Below are positions 10,295 through 20,038 of a DNA stretch of 64,000 bases, piece by piece. Under the pieces are notes generated by a model. That model searched no databases. It had not been told where the DNA came from and saw only the letters and a program-made list of their open reading frames with translations. The stretch lies in contig CAVUDW010000002.1 of assembly GCA_963740355.1 (NCBI GenBank), forward strand, positions 1,984,001 to 2,048,000, in the 5' to 3' direction. Each line of letters starts with the position of its first letter. The stretch's first letter is position 1. This DNA is from an uncultured Gemmatimonadaceae bacterium. GTDB taxonomy: Bacteria; Gemmatimonadota; Gemmatimonadetes; Gemmatimonadales; Gemmatimonadaceae. The translations under genes were made by a program, and so were the position numbers.

Positions 10295-10717
10295 GCAACT
10301 GCCTTGACGCAAAACAGAAGACTGCGATGGGGCAACAGCCGCAGCACTGGACCGCGGCAAAACAGCAACTGCTCATCGCAGAGGTGCAGGGGCGCAGAGA
10401 ACTGCAACGGCAACTGCACGGGCAACTGCCTTTAACGCAGAACGGATGAACTGCGATACTGCGACAGCCGCAGAACTGAACAGCCGCGGAACGGCAACAG
10501 CAACGGCAACAGCTTTGGTAGAGGGCCTTGGAATCGGGAGGACGGTGGGCGAGTTGTTAACAAACTGACTCTAATTATCGTCCTCCGGAAACCTTCACCT
10601 CGCGGACGCAGTTCTGCGGCTGTTCAGTTCTGCGGCTGTTGCAGTATCGCTGTTTCGCGGTTCTGCGTTAAGGCTGTTGCCTTTGCTGTTGTTGTTGCTG
10701 CTGTTGTTGATGTTGCC
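10295..10717. repeat. Family C repeat cluster with a long inverted doublet
   Basis: About 73-bp arms at ~10423-10495 and ~10608-10680 (TTAACGCAGAA..GCGATACTGC..CAGCCGCAGAACTGAACAGCCGC and its reverse complement); degenerate extra copy at ~10295-10360; GCAACN hexamer tails. Confidence 0.88.
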
Positions 10718-10727
10718 GCAGATGAAG

Positions 10728-11297
10728 TCACGCCATGTCGTATGCCTGACGCAGCCAGCCGATGAGCTCCTTGTCGACGTCCTTGGCAGTGGCGAGGCGG
10801 ACGCGGTGGGTGACCATGGCGTTCCAGGAACCGGCGGCTTCGAGGCGATCGACCGGTGCGACGCCTTTGAGCTTGATGCCGACGTCGAAGCGCGTTTTGG
10901 TCGATGGATGCAGTGTCGCGAATTGGGTGGTGCGGCGCAGGCTGAGGTAGCCCTTCTTCGGCGATTCCTCGATGTCCGACCCGAACCCGCGGATCGCCTT
11001 CATCAGTGCATCGAAGACTGGCCGCAGCTCGGCCTTGTCGCCGGCGAACATCTCGCTGACGAGGTCACTCCCTTCCGCGCGCATCGACGTCGCATCGCTT
11101 TTCAGCGTCTGGTGCGCGATGAGGTTGGCGTAGCCGTGCGTGATGCCGTGTTCGGCCTTGAGCCAGCTCACCAACTCGCCGTGTTTCGCCTTGCTGCTCT
11201 TCTTCGTGAGCCTGAGCCACTCGTCGATGGATTTGCCGGTCGTCGCCTTGAGCGACTGCACCATCTTTGCGGTTTGTTCTTCAGGAGAAGCGGGCAT
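10728..11297 (-). CDS. DUF4287/DUF5655-type protein
   Basis: TGKSIDEW, WLKAEHGITHGYAN and WLRQAY motifs; start placed at MPASPEEQ because the longer ORF start lies in a repeat. Confidence 0.8.
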   Translation of the reverse strand: MPASPEEQTAKMVQSLKATTGKSIDEWLRLTKKSSKAKHGELVSWLKAEHGITHGYANLIAHQTLKSDATSMRAEGSDLVSEMFAGDKAELRPVFDALMKAIRGFGSDIEESPKKGYLSLRRTTQFATLHPSTKTRFDVGIKLKGVAPVDRLEAAGSWNAMVTHRVRLATAKDVDKELIGWLRQAYDMA

Positions 11298-11332
11298 GAT
11301 CGTTCGGCTCCGTTCTGGCGGGGACGACTGAA

Positions 11333-11503
11333 ACTGCAAATCGCGGAGGCGCAGGGGCGCAGAGAACAGCAACGGCTAATGGCAACTGCGAAAGGCAACT
11401 GCGAACGGCATTAACGCAGAAAAGAAAGCAGCGATACTGCAACGGCCGCGGAACTGCACAGCCGCAGAACTGCAAAGCCGCAAAGCCGCAAAGCAGCAAC
11501 GGC
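11333..11503 (+). repeat. Family C repeat, + orientation
   Basis: CGCGGAGGCGCAGGGGCGCAGAGAAC..TTAACGCAGAA..GCGATACTGCAACGGCCGCGGAACTGCACAGCCGCAGAACTGC. Confidence 0.87.
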
Positions 11504-11560
11504 ACCATCGAGCCAGAAAACGTTGGGGGTGGACCTCGTGAGCGGAAGAGCGATGGGCGA

Positions 11561-11614
11561 GCTGTTCCCCGCGGCTCCGCGTCCCCCGCGGCTCCGCGTG
11601 AGTTTGTGTGGACC
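11561..11614 (-). repeat. Family B repeat, single copy, - orientation
   Basis: GCTGTTCCCCGCGGCTCCGCGTCCCCCGCGGCTCCGCGTGAG followed by GTGTGGACC; reverse complement of the 42273-42530 unit core. Confidence 0.92.
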
Positions 11615-11874
11615 GTCAGGCGACGGGTGCGGCGCGTCAGCAGCACGGAACTAGCGGCTGCGCGAGCGCAGAGTAGGGCTGCTAAAGCAGAGCTCGGCAG
11701 TCGGATGCCTGAGCACGCGCAGGAGCCGGTAACGGTGTCGACTCGGCGTGATACATTGGAAATAGACCCCCTGAGGCGCGCCTCGCTGACACGACGCCGT
11801 GTCGGTCGCCCTCACCGGAGCTGCCGAGCGCAGATGCTCCGCAGGCTTCCCGGTCTCTCCTTCCGGAGTGCCCT

Positions 11875-14541
11875 ATGTCTCTGTCTCGTTCGATGTGGCG
11901 ACGTGTCATCTTCGTCGTGACTGCGTCGCTCGCCCTGTCCGCTTCCGCCGCATCCTTGCTCCTCGCGCAGGCCACCGGTCGAGTCGTCGGCAAGGTGACC
12001 AGTTCCGATGGCGGCGCCCCGATTCTCGGCGCCACGGTGCAGCTGGTCGGCACGCCGTTCGGAACCATCACCAAGTCAGACGGCACCTTCGCCATCGCAC
12101 TGCGGCCCGGCGCCTATTCAATGCGGGTGCGCCAGATCGGCTTCGCCAGCAACACACAGGCGATCACGATCGTCGCCGGCCAGACCCTCACCCGTGACGT
12201 GCGGCTCGAGCGCAGTGCCACCAACCTCGAAGCGGTGGCCGTGATCGGTACCCGCGCCGAGGAGCGCACGGTGACCAAGTCGCCGGTGCCGGTGGATGTG
12301 TTCAGTGCCGTCGATCTGAAGGCGACCGGTCGCACCGAGACCGCGCAGATGATCCAGGCACTCGCGCCGAGCGTGAACTTCCCCCGCAGCGCCATTTCCG
12401 ATGGGACCGATGCCGTGCGTCCCGCGACGCTGCGCGGCCTGGGAGCTGACCAGGTGCTGGTGCTGCTCAACGGCAAGCGCCGTCACACGGCCGCGCTGGT
12501 GAACGTGAATGGCAACGTCGGCCGCGGTCAGTCGGCGGTCGACCTGAATGCGATTCCGGCCAGCATGATCGACCACATCGAAATCCTTCGTGACGGAGCG
12601 GCCGCGCAGTACGGTTCTGACGCCATCGCCGGTGTGATCAACATCGTGCTCAAGTCGAATGCGCCGAGCGAGATGAACTTGCAGTCGGGCGTGACGGCGC
12701 TGGGTGATGGACGCGTGTGGCAGGGGAGCGCCAACACCGGTGTCGCCAACGGCAGTGGCAGCTACTTCCACACCGGCTTCGAGTTCCGTGATCGGCAGAA
12801 GACGGATCGCTCCGCAGCTGATCCGCGCACGCAGTACTTCGCCGGTGATGCACGCGAGGCGACGATCAATCGGTTCAACAACACCTACGGCGACGCGCAG
12901 ACCAGTGACCTCGTGGGCATGCTGTCGGCCGGCACGACGCTGGGCAAGGGCGTGGACTTCTACGCCTTCGGTGGCACCAGCCGTCGCAAGGCGACCGCAC
13001 CTGGCTTCTGGCGCCGGCCGAATGATGATCGCACCATCCGATCCCTGTATCCGAACGGATTCCTGCCGCTGATCAACAGCACGCTCTGGGACGGATCGGG
13101 CGCGGTTGGCGTGAAGGGCAATGCGATGGGCTGGAAGTGGGACCTGAGCCAGACCGTCGGTCGCAACTCGCATAACTTCTTCATCAGCAACACCAACAAC
13201 GCCTCGTTCGGCAACGCCAGCAAGACGGCCTATGATGCCGGCACGCTGATCTTCAGCCAGGCGACGTCGAACCTCGACCTGTTCCGCGAAGTGAAGGCCG
13301 GAGTGGTGCCAGTGCGCCTCGCGGCCGGTGCGGAATGGCGGAAGGATCAGTTCCAGATCACGCAGGGTGAGCCGGGTTCGTGGCAGGACGGCAAGGTGCC
13401 GGTGCTGGATGCGAACGGCAATCCGACGTCGCGTGTCGCGGCCGCGGGTTCGCAGGTCTTCCCGGGCTTCCGGCCGACGGATGAAACGAACGAGTCGCGC
13501 AGCAACACATCGCTCTACGCCGACGTGGAGTCGGACCTGACGAAGATGCTGCTGGTCGGCGGTGCGGTGCGGTACGAGAACTACACCGACTTCGGCAGCC
13601 AGACGACGGGGAAGGTGACGGCTCGCTTCGCGCCGATCCAGCAGTTCGCGGTGCGCGGCGGGTACAGCACGGGCTTCCGTGCACCGTCGCTGCAGCAGAG
13701 CTGGTTCACGGCCACGAGCACGAACTTCATCAACGGCGTTCCCTTCGAGATCCGCACCTTCCCGGTCTCGAGCCGGCCGGCGCAGTTGCTCGGCGCCAAG
13801 CCGCTCACGCCTGAGAAGAGCAAGAACCTCAGTGCCGGTGTCACGATGCAGCCGATTCCGGCGCTCAGCATCACGGCCGACTACTACAAGATCGACATTG
13901 CCGATCGTGTGGTGCTCTCCGAGAACCTGACGCAGACGGCAGTGCGCGACTTCCTCGCGGCCAATGGGCAACCGGGGATCGGTGGTGGTCGCTTCTTCAC
14001 CAACGCCATCGACACCCGCACGACGGGCGTGGATGTGGTGGCGAACTACGGCCTCAACTTCGGCAAGAACGGCATCCTTCGCCTGACGGCCGGCGCGAGC
14101 ACGAACAACAACAAGATCACGGCCCAGAAGCAGGTGACACCACCGGCGCTGGCAGCCTTGAACGACGCACTGTTCTCACGTGTGGAACGCGGCCGCATCG
14201 AGAAGGGCCAGCCGCGCAACAACTTCGTCTTCAGCGCTACGCATGAGGTGAGCAAGTTCACGCTCAGCGCCCGCACGCAGCGTTTTGGCGAAGTGACGAC
14301 GTACGGCACGACGGCCGCCAATGACCAGACATTCAGCGCGAAGTGGATCACCGACGCATCGCTCGGCCTGGCACTGCGCGAGAACGTGCGGTTTACGTTC
14401 GGCGCCGACAACCTGTTCGATGTCTATCCGGACAAGACGATCGCCGTCAACAGCAACAACGGCATCTTCCCGGTGCCGGCCGGTGCGCCCTTCGGCATCA
14501 ACGGTCGCTTCGCCTACGCTCGCCTGAACGTTCGCTTCTAG
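11875..14541 (+). CDS. TonB-dependent receptor with N-terminal carboxypeptidase-regulatory-like domain
   Basis: Signal peptide, plug motif GAAAQYGSDAIAGVINI, C-terminal Phe. Confidence 0.93.
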   Translation: MSLSRSMWRRVIFVVTASLALSASAASLLLAQATGRVVGKVTSSDGGAPILGATVQLVGTPFGTITKSDGTFAIALRPGAYSMRVRQIGFASNTQAITIVAGQTLTRDVRLERSATNLEAVAVIGTRAEERTVTKSPVPVDVFSAVDLKATGRTETAQMIQALAPSVNFPRSAISDGTDAVRPATLRGLGADQVLVLLNGKRRHTAALVNVNGNVGRGQSAVDLNAIPASMIDHIEILRDGAAAQYGSDAIAGVINIVLKSNAPSEMNLQSGVTALGDGRVWQGSANTGVANGSGSYFHTGFEFRDRQKTDRSAADPRTQYFAGDAREATINRFNNTYGDAQTSDLVGMLSAGTTLGKGVDFYAFGGTSRRKATAPGFWRRPNDDRTIRSLYPNGFLPLINSTLWDGSGAVGVKGNAMGWKWDLSQTVGRNSHNFFISNTNNASFGNASKTAYDAGTLIFSQATSNLDLFREVKAGVVPVRLAAGAEWRKDQFQITQGEPGSWQDGKVPVLDANGNPTSRVAAAGSQVFPGFRPTDETNESRSNTSLYADVESDLTKMLLVGGAVRYENYTDFGSQTTGKVTARFAPIQQFAVRGGYSTGFRAPSLQQSWFTATSTNFINGVPFEIRTFPVSSRPAQLLGAKPLTPEKSKNLSAGVTMQPIPALSITADYYKIDIADRVVLSENLTQTAVRDFLAANGQPGIGGGRFFTNAIDTRTTGVDVVANYGLNFGKNGILRLTAGASTNNNKITAQKQVTPPALAALNDALFSRVERGRIEKGQPRNNFVFSATHEVSKFTLSARTQRFGEVTTYGTTAANDQTFSAKWITDASLGLALRENVRFTFGADNLFDVYPDKTIAVNSNNGIFPVPAGAPFGINGRFAYARLNVRF

Positions 14542-14711
14542 TAGTTCGTGGTACCTGGCGCGGCGCATCGATCCTCTTCGGTGCGCCGCGTCCTGTTTTG
14601 CTCTTGTCGCGAGGTGAGGTGGGTGGGCCTCGGACGCGGAAGCCCGGTGGGCGAGCTGTTCACCCCCAATGTCGGCCCCGCAAGCGCATCGACCGACCGA
14701 ATCCGCTCACG

Positions 14712-14850
14712 TAGTTCTGCGGCCGTTCTGTTCCGCGGCTGTTGCAGTATCGCCGTTTATCTGTTCTGCGTTAAGGCCGTTTGCAGTTGCAGTTGATCGT
14801 GCGGTTGCAGTTCTCTGCGTCTCTGCGCCTCCGCGATTCGCAGTAGCAGT
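14712..14850 (-). repeat. Family C repeat, - orientation
   Basis: GTTCTGCGGC..GCAGTATCGC..TTCTGCGTTAA..GTTCTCTGCGTCTCTGCGCCTCCGCGA; reverse complement of the 11333-11503 motifs. Confidence 0.87.
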
Positions 14851-14882
14851 CGCCGTGCCCCGCAATGACCGGAGAATCGTCG

Positions 14883-16457
14883 ATGACAAAGCAGCTTCCG
14901 CGCCTCGTGAGCCGCATCGTATTGATGACCGTCGCCAGCTGCATGGTCGGCAGCGAAGGCGTCGCGCAGGTGGCGCGGACGGGGGCGGGGGTGGTGCGGG
15001 GGGATGCGCCTGGGGCGGTGATTGCGCCGGAGGTGTATGGGCAGTTCGCCGAACATCTGGGACGCGGGATCTACGACGGTGTGTGGGTCGGGCCCGACTC
15101 GCCGATCCCGAATACGCGCGGCTTTCGGAATGACGTTGTCGCGGCGCTGAAGGCGATCAAGGTGCCTGTCGTGCGGTGGCCCGGCGGGTGTTTTGCCGAC
15201 GACTATCACTGGCGCGATGGCATCGGGCCGAGGGCGGCGCGGCCGGTGCGGGTGAATGTGTTGTGGGGCGGGGTGGAGGAGTCGAATGCGGTGGGGACGC
15301 ACGAGTTCTTCGATCTCGCGGAGCAGATCGGGGCGAAGACCTACGTCGCCGGCAACGTCGGCACTGGTACGCCAGCCGAGATGGCGCAGTGGGTCGAGTA
15401 CATGACGTCGCCCACCAGGTCCACAATCGCCAATGAGCGACGGACGAATGGGCGCGAGACACCCTTCACCGTAAACCTGTTCGGCGTCGGCAATGAGACG
15501 TGGGGCTGCGGTGGCAGCATGACGGTCGAGCACTACGCCGATCTCTATCGCAACTTCGCCGAGTTCGTGCGGTCACCGCAGACGCCACGGATCGTGAAAG
15601 TCGCGAGTGGCTCGAACGGCGGTGACTATCACTGGACCGAAGTGATGATGCAACGCGCAGCCGACCAGATGGATGCACTGTCGATGCACTACTACACGGT
15701 GCCGACAGGGAACTGGGACAAGAAGGGCGCCGCGACCGATGGCGGTGAGTCGCTCTGGATGTCGACCATGGTGCAGGCGCTGCGCATGGAGGATCTCGTC
15801 AGCCGGCACTCGGCGATCATGGACAAGTTCGATCCGAAGAAACGCGTCGCGCTCTACGTCGATGAATGGGGAGTCTGGCACGACGCGGAGCCGGGGACGA
15901 ATCCTGGCTTCCTGTATCAGCAGAACACGCTCCGCGACGCCGTCGTGGCTGCGGTCACGCTGAACATCTTCCACGCCCACGCTGATCGTGTGCGGCTGGC
16001 CGCCATCGCGCAGATGGTGAACGTATTGCAGGCGATGATCCTCACCGAACGTGACAAGATGGTGCTGACGCCGACGTATCACGTCTTCGACATGTACACC
16101 GTCTTTCAGGGTGCCACCGCGCTCCCGGTCACCATCGATGCTCCGCGCTACACACTCGGCAAGGACACCGTACCGTCGGTCAGCCTCTCCGCGGCTCGCG
16201 GCACTGACGGCGCCGTCCATGTCGCACTGGTGAATCTCGATCCGACCGCCGCGACCACCGTCACCCTCCGCCTGCCTGGCGTTTCGGCGACCAAGTTCAC
16301 CGCCCGCATCCTCACCGGCGCCACGACCGCCGCCCACAACACCTTCGCCTCGCCCACTTCCATCGCCCCGTCCCCCTTCCGCGACGCCACTCTCGCCGCC
16401 GGCACGCTTCGAGTGTCGCTGCCCGCCAAGTCGATCGTGGTCGTGACGCTCAAATAA
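14883..16457 (+). CDS. Alpha-L-arabinofuranosidase (GH51), secreted
   Basis: [17 protein letters not shown] and DEWG catalytic motifs; GGAGA RBS upstream of ATG 14883. Confidence 0.9.
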   Translation: MTKQLPRLVSRIVLMTVASCMVGSEGVAQVARTGAGVVRGDAPGAVIAPEVYGQFAEHLGRGIYDGVWVGPDSPIPNTRGFRNDVVAALKAIKVPVVRWPGGCFADDYHWRDGIGPRAARPVRVNVLWGGVEESNAVGTHEFFDLAEQIGAKTYVAGNVGTGTPAEMAQWVEYMTSPTRSTIANERRTNGRETPFTVNLFGVGNETWGCGGSMTVEHYADLYRNFAEFVRSPQTPRIVKVASGSNGGDYHWTEVMMQRAADQMDALSMHYYTVPTGNWDKKGAATDGGESLWMSTMVQALRMEDLVSRHSAIMDKFDPKKRVALYVDEWGVWHDAEPGTNPGFLYQQNTLRDAVVAAVTLNIFHAHADRVRLAAIAQMVNVLQAMILTERDKMVLTPTYHVFDMYTVFQGATALPVTIDAPRYTLGKDTVPSVSLSAARGTDGAVHVALVNLDPTAATTVTLRLPGVSATKFTARILTGATTAAHNTFASPTSIAPSPFRDATLAAGTLRVSLPAKSIVVVTLK

Positions 16458-16469
16458 ACCCGCGCGTGT

Positions 16470-16577
16470 GGTCCACACTCTGCACGCGCGTGCCGCGCCG
16501 GCGGTCCCTACTCTGAACGCGCGTACCGCGCCGGCGGTCCCTACTCTGAACGCGCGTGCCGCGCCGGCGGTCCACAC
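16470..16577 (+). repeat. 33-bp tandem repeat, 3 copies plus a partial copy
   Basis: GGTCC(A/C)(C/T)ACTCTG(C/A)ACGCGCGT(G/A)CCGCGCCGGC at 16470, 16503 and 16536; GGTCCACAC at 16569. Confidence 0.9.
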
Positions 16578-16586
16578 TGCAAAACT

Positions 16587-16778
16587 CGCGGAGCCGCGGG
16601 GGACGCGGAGCCGCGGGGGAAAAGCGGGGAAAGGCGGGGAAAGGCGGGGAGAAGCGGGGTAAAGGCGGGGAAAGCTGGGGAAGGGCGATCGTACCCTCGC
16701 CAAGCGCCGTTCCCTCAATGCCTTTGCAGTTCCCCGCGGCTCCGCGTCCCCCTCGGCTCCGCGTGAGGTCGTGTGGAC
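16587..16778. repeat. Family B inverted doublet with an internal ~10-bp G-rich tandem
   Basis: + core at 16587-16620, (AAGGCGGGGA)-like units at ~16620-16682, - core at 16725-16767 followed by GTGTGGAC. Confidence 0.9.
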
Positions 16779-17007
16779 GGCCAGGCGACGGATACGGAGC
16801 GTCGCAAGCGCGGAGGCTGGTGGAGTGGGTCAAGCGGGAAACGCGGATGGAGCGTGAGGTCGTGTGAACGGCCAGGCGACGGAAACGGGGCGTCAGCAGC
16901 GCGGAGCCCCGAGGCTGCGGGGCATGAAGCCCGGCGGTACGGTGGCTATCTTTGGACTCTGCCCGTACGTCCGGGCGCCCCAATGAGCCCCTACGCGCTA
17001 CCCATAT

Positions 17008-18225
17008 ATGTCGTCCCCTGAACTCACGCCGGTCATCGTCGCTGCCAAGCGCACCCCGATCGGGAAATACCTCGGCGGACTCGCCAGCCTCACCGGCCCG
17101 CAGCTCGGTGGACATGCCATTGCCGCCGCCCTGGCCGCCAGCGGCGTGCCAGCCGAGCTCGTCGAAGAAGTCATCATGGGGCACGTGCTGCAGGGAGGCA
17201 CCGGCCAGGCGCCTGCCAGGCAGGCCGCACTGCTCGGTGGTGTACCCGTGACTGCGTCGGCGCTGGCCATCAACAAGGTCTGTGGCTCTGGACTCAAGGC
17301 CGTCATGCTCGCGTCACAGGCCATCAAGGCCGGCGACCGCTCCGTGCTCATCGCCGGCGGACAGGAAAGCATGTCCAATGCGCCACACTACATGTATGGC
17401 ATCCGCGGTGGTGTGAAGATCGGTGACCAGAACCTCGTCGACGGCATGATCCGCGACGGGTTGTACTGTGCATCGTACCACTGCCACATGGGTGGACACG
17501 CTGAACACACGGCGCAGAAGGGTGGCGTCAGTCGCGCCGACCAGGATGCGTTTTCGGCAGAGAGCCACCAGAAGGCAGTGCGTGCACAGGCCGCCGGGAA
17601 GTTCACCACCGAGATCGTGCCAATCAGCATTCCCGGCCGGAAGGGGGCGACCGTCGTCAGCGCCGACGAAGGACCACGCGCCGATACCACGGCCGAGTCT
17701 CTCGCAGCGCTCAAGCCCGCCTTTCCGAAGGATGCGCCGAAAGAAGTCAGCGCCACTGAACTCAGCGTCACCGCCGGGAACGCGTCGTCATTGAACGACG
17801 GTGGCGCGGCACTCGTGATCACCAGCGAAGCCGTCGCACGCGCGCATGGCCTCACCATTCTCGCCCGCGTCAGCGGATATGCGACCGGCGCCGTCGATCC
17901 CAAGGAACTGTTCTTCGCGCCGATCACCGCGGTGAAGAACCTGATGAAGAAGTCCGGCACCAGCATCGGTGACTACGGCCTGATCGAAGCCAACGAAGCC
18001 TTCGCCTCGCAGTCGTTGGCCGATGGACGTGGACTCGGCTGGGACTGGGATCGCGTCAACGTGAACGGCGGCGCGATTGCGCTTGGGCATCCCATCGGCG
18101 CCAGCGGCGCGCGGGTGCTCGTCACGCTGCTGCACGCGATGATCGACCGTGATGTCGCCACCGGACTCGCCACGCTCTGCCTTGGTGGTGGCGACGCCGT
18201 CGCGCTGTCCGTCGAACGGGTCTGA
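17008..18225 (+). CDS. Acetyl-CoA C-acetyltransferase (thiolase)
   Basis: [20 protein letters not shown] and CLGGG motifs. Confidence 0.95.
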   Translation: MSSPELTPVIVAAKRTPIGKYLGGLASLTGPQLGGHAIAAALAASGVPAELVEEVIMGHVLQGGTGQAPARQAALLGGVPVTASALAINKVCGSGLKAVMLASQAIKAGDRSVLIAGGQESMSNAPHYMYGIRGGVKIGDQNLVDGMIRDGLYCASYHCHMGGHAEHTAQKGGVSRADQDAFSAESHQKAVRAQAAGKFTTEIVPISIPGRKGATVVSADEGPRADTTAESLAALKPAFPKDAPKEVSATELSVTAGNASSLNDGGAALVITSEAVARAHGLTILARVSGYATGAVDPKELFFAPITAVKNLMKKSGTSIGDYGLIEANEAFASQSLADGRGLGWDWDRVNVNGGAIALGHPIGASGARVLVTLLHAMIDRDVATGLATLCLGGGDAVALSVERV

Positions 18226-18252
18226 GCCACGCAGGGCAGTCACGCCGTCGCG

Positions 18253-19185
18253 GTGTCTACATCGTTGCTTGACCGGATCGCCTACGTCCGACCGTATCGA
18301 TTGCGGTCGGGCTGGCGAATCACGCTGTTCGTGCTGGCCGGGTTCGCCGCGTCGAACGTCGGCGTGCCCTTGGTGGCGATGGGGTTGCCCGTTGCCAGCA
18401 TGCCGTGGGTCCGCCCGCTGCTCGAGTGCCTCGCGGTCCTGTTTGCGACACGCTACGCCACGCGCACCATCGACAAGACCGACTGGAGTGCGGTCGGGTT
18501 GGGAAGCGAGGCGTGGCGTCCCCGGGTTCTGCTTCTGGGTGCAGCGAGCGGGGCCTTGGCCATCGCCTTGCCTATTGGGCTGCTGATCGCGCTCGGCGAC
18601 CTCACCTTCGAGCCGGCGCCCGTGAACGAAGTCGGCCGCACCCTGCTGCTCTCGGTGGCAGTTCTGGCGCCAGCGGCGTTCACCGAAGAGCTGTTGATGC
18701 GCGGCTACCCCTTTGCCGTTCTGTCCGGCACCTGGGGCTGGCCCGTTGCGACAGGGGTCACCTCAGTCGTCTTCGGGCTGCTGCACCTCGGTAATCCAGG
18801 CGCTTCGCCGATCGCGATCGCGAACGTGATGGCGGCCGGGGTGTTTCTGGCCGGTGTCCGGGTGCTGACGGGGAGCCTCGCAGCGGCCTGGGCAGCGCAT
18901 TTCATGTGGAACTGGACCATGTCGGCCGGATTCCACACCGCAGTGAGCGGACTGCCGTTCGGCACGCCGGGGTATCGGTTGGTCGATACTGGTCCGGATT
19001 GGCTCTCCGGAGGGGCGTGGGGTCCGGAGGGAGGCGTGGTTGCAGCGGTTGGCATGATTGGCACGTTCGCCGGTTTGTCGTGGGCGACGGGTCGTACTCG
19101 ACGTGCGGGCGCTCTGCCTGTCGCGTCTTCAACTGTTTCCAAAAATTCGGGTGGTCTGGCCGACACCCAGGAGCACGAGGCATGA
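18253..19185 (+). CDS. CPBP (CAAX) intramembrane metalloprotease
   Basis: EELLMRG, FGLLH and HFMWN motifs; multiple TM segments. Confidence 0.88.
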   Translation: MSTSLLDRIAYVRPYRLRSGWRITLFVLAGFAASNVGVPLVAMGLPVASMPWVRPLLECLAVLFATRYATRTIDKTDWSAVGLGSEAWRPRVLLLGAASGALAIALPIGLLIALGDLTFEPAPVNEVGRTLLLSVAVLAPAAFTEELLMRGYPFAVLSGTWGWPVATGVTSVVFGLLHLGNPGASPIAIANVMAAGVFLAGVRVLTGSLAAAWAAHFMWNWTMSAGFHTAVSGLPFGTPGYRLVDTGPDWLSGGAWGPEGGVVAAVGMIGTFAGLSWATGRTRRAGALPVASSTVSKNSGGLADTQEHEA

Positions 19186-20036
19186 GCGACCGCATCGCGG
19201 TCATTGGCGCAGGGCAGATGGGCAACGGCATCGCCCACGTCTTCGCGCAGTCGGGTTTTCCGGTCACCATGATCGATGTCTCCGCCGCCGCCCTCGACAA
19301 GGGTGTCGCGACGATCGGCAAGAACCTCGAGCGACAGGTGAAGAAGGGCACCATCGACGCCGCCGCGCAGGCCGCGACACTGGCGCGCATCAGCACCGCC
19401 ACCGAACTCGCCGCGGCGTCGGAGAGCACGGTGATCATCGAGGCCGCGACTGAAAATGTCACCCTCAAGTTCGACATCTTCTCCAAGCTCGACGCCATCG
19501 CCGCGCCAGGCGCGATCCTCGCCAGCAACACCAGTTCGATCTCGATCACGCAGATCGCAGCGCGCACCAAGCGCCCCGCGGACGTGATCGGCATGCATTT
19601 CATGAATCCCGTGCCGGTGATGCAACTGGTGGAAGTCATTCGTGGCATCGCTACCAGCGACGAAACCACCGCCCGCACCGTCGCACTCGCGACTGCAGTC
19701 GGCAAGACGCCCTGTGAAGCGAACGACTTCCCTGGCTTCATCGCGAATCGCATCCTGATGCCGATGATCAACGAGGCCTTCTACTGCCTGATGGAAGGCG
19801 TCGGCACCGCGGAGTCGATCGACACCGTGATGAAGCTCGGCATGAATCATCCGATGGGCCCACTCACGCTGGCTGACTTCATCGGACTCGACACCTGTGT
19901 CGCCATCCTCGATGTGCTGCACAAGGGCATCGGCGATCCGAAGTACCGCGCCTGCCCATTGCTGCGGAAGTACGTGGACGCCGGTTGGCTGGGCAAGAAG
20001 TCCGGTCGCGGTGTCTACAACTACGCGACGGCCTGA
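19182..20036 (+). CDS. hbd: 3-hydroxybutyryl-CoA dehydrogenase
   Basis: GAGQMGNG Rossmann motif, SNTSS, HFMNP; ATG 19182 overlaps the upstream stop. Confidence 0.9.
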   Translation: MSDRIAVIGAGQMGNGIAHVFAQSGFPVTMIDVSAAALDKGVATIGKNLERQVKKGTIDAAAQAATLARISTATELAAASESTVIIEAATENVTLKFDIFSKLDAIAAPGAILASNTSSISITQIAARTKRPADVIGMHFMNPVPVMQLVEVIRGIATSDETTARTVALATAVGKTPCEANDFPGFIANRILMPMINEAFYCLMEGVGTAESIDTVMKLGMNHPMGPLTLADFIGLDTCVAILDVLHKGIGDPKYRACPLLRKYVDAGWLGKKSGRGVYNYATA

Positions 20037-20038
20037 TC

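Noticed and set aside
12118..13971. Long antisense ORFs (also 20459-22261, 9059-10360, 28747-29892, 51587-53044)
   Set aside because: These are shadow frames of well-supported genes, expected from high-GC codon bias
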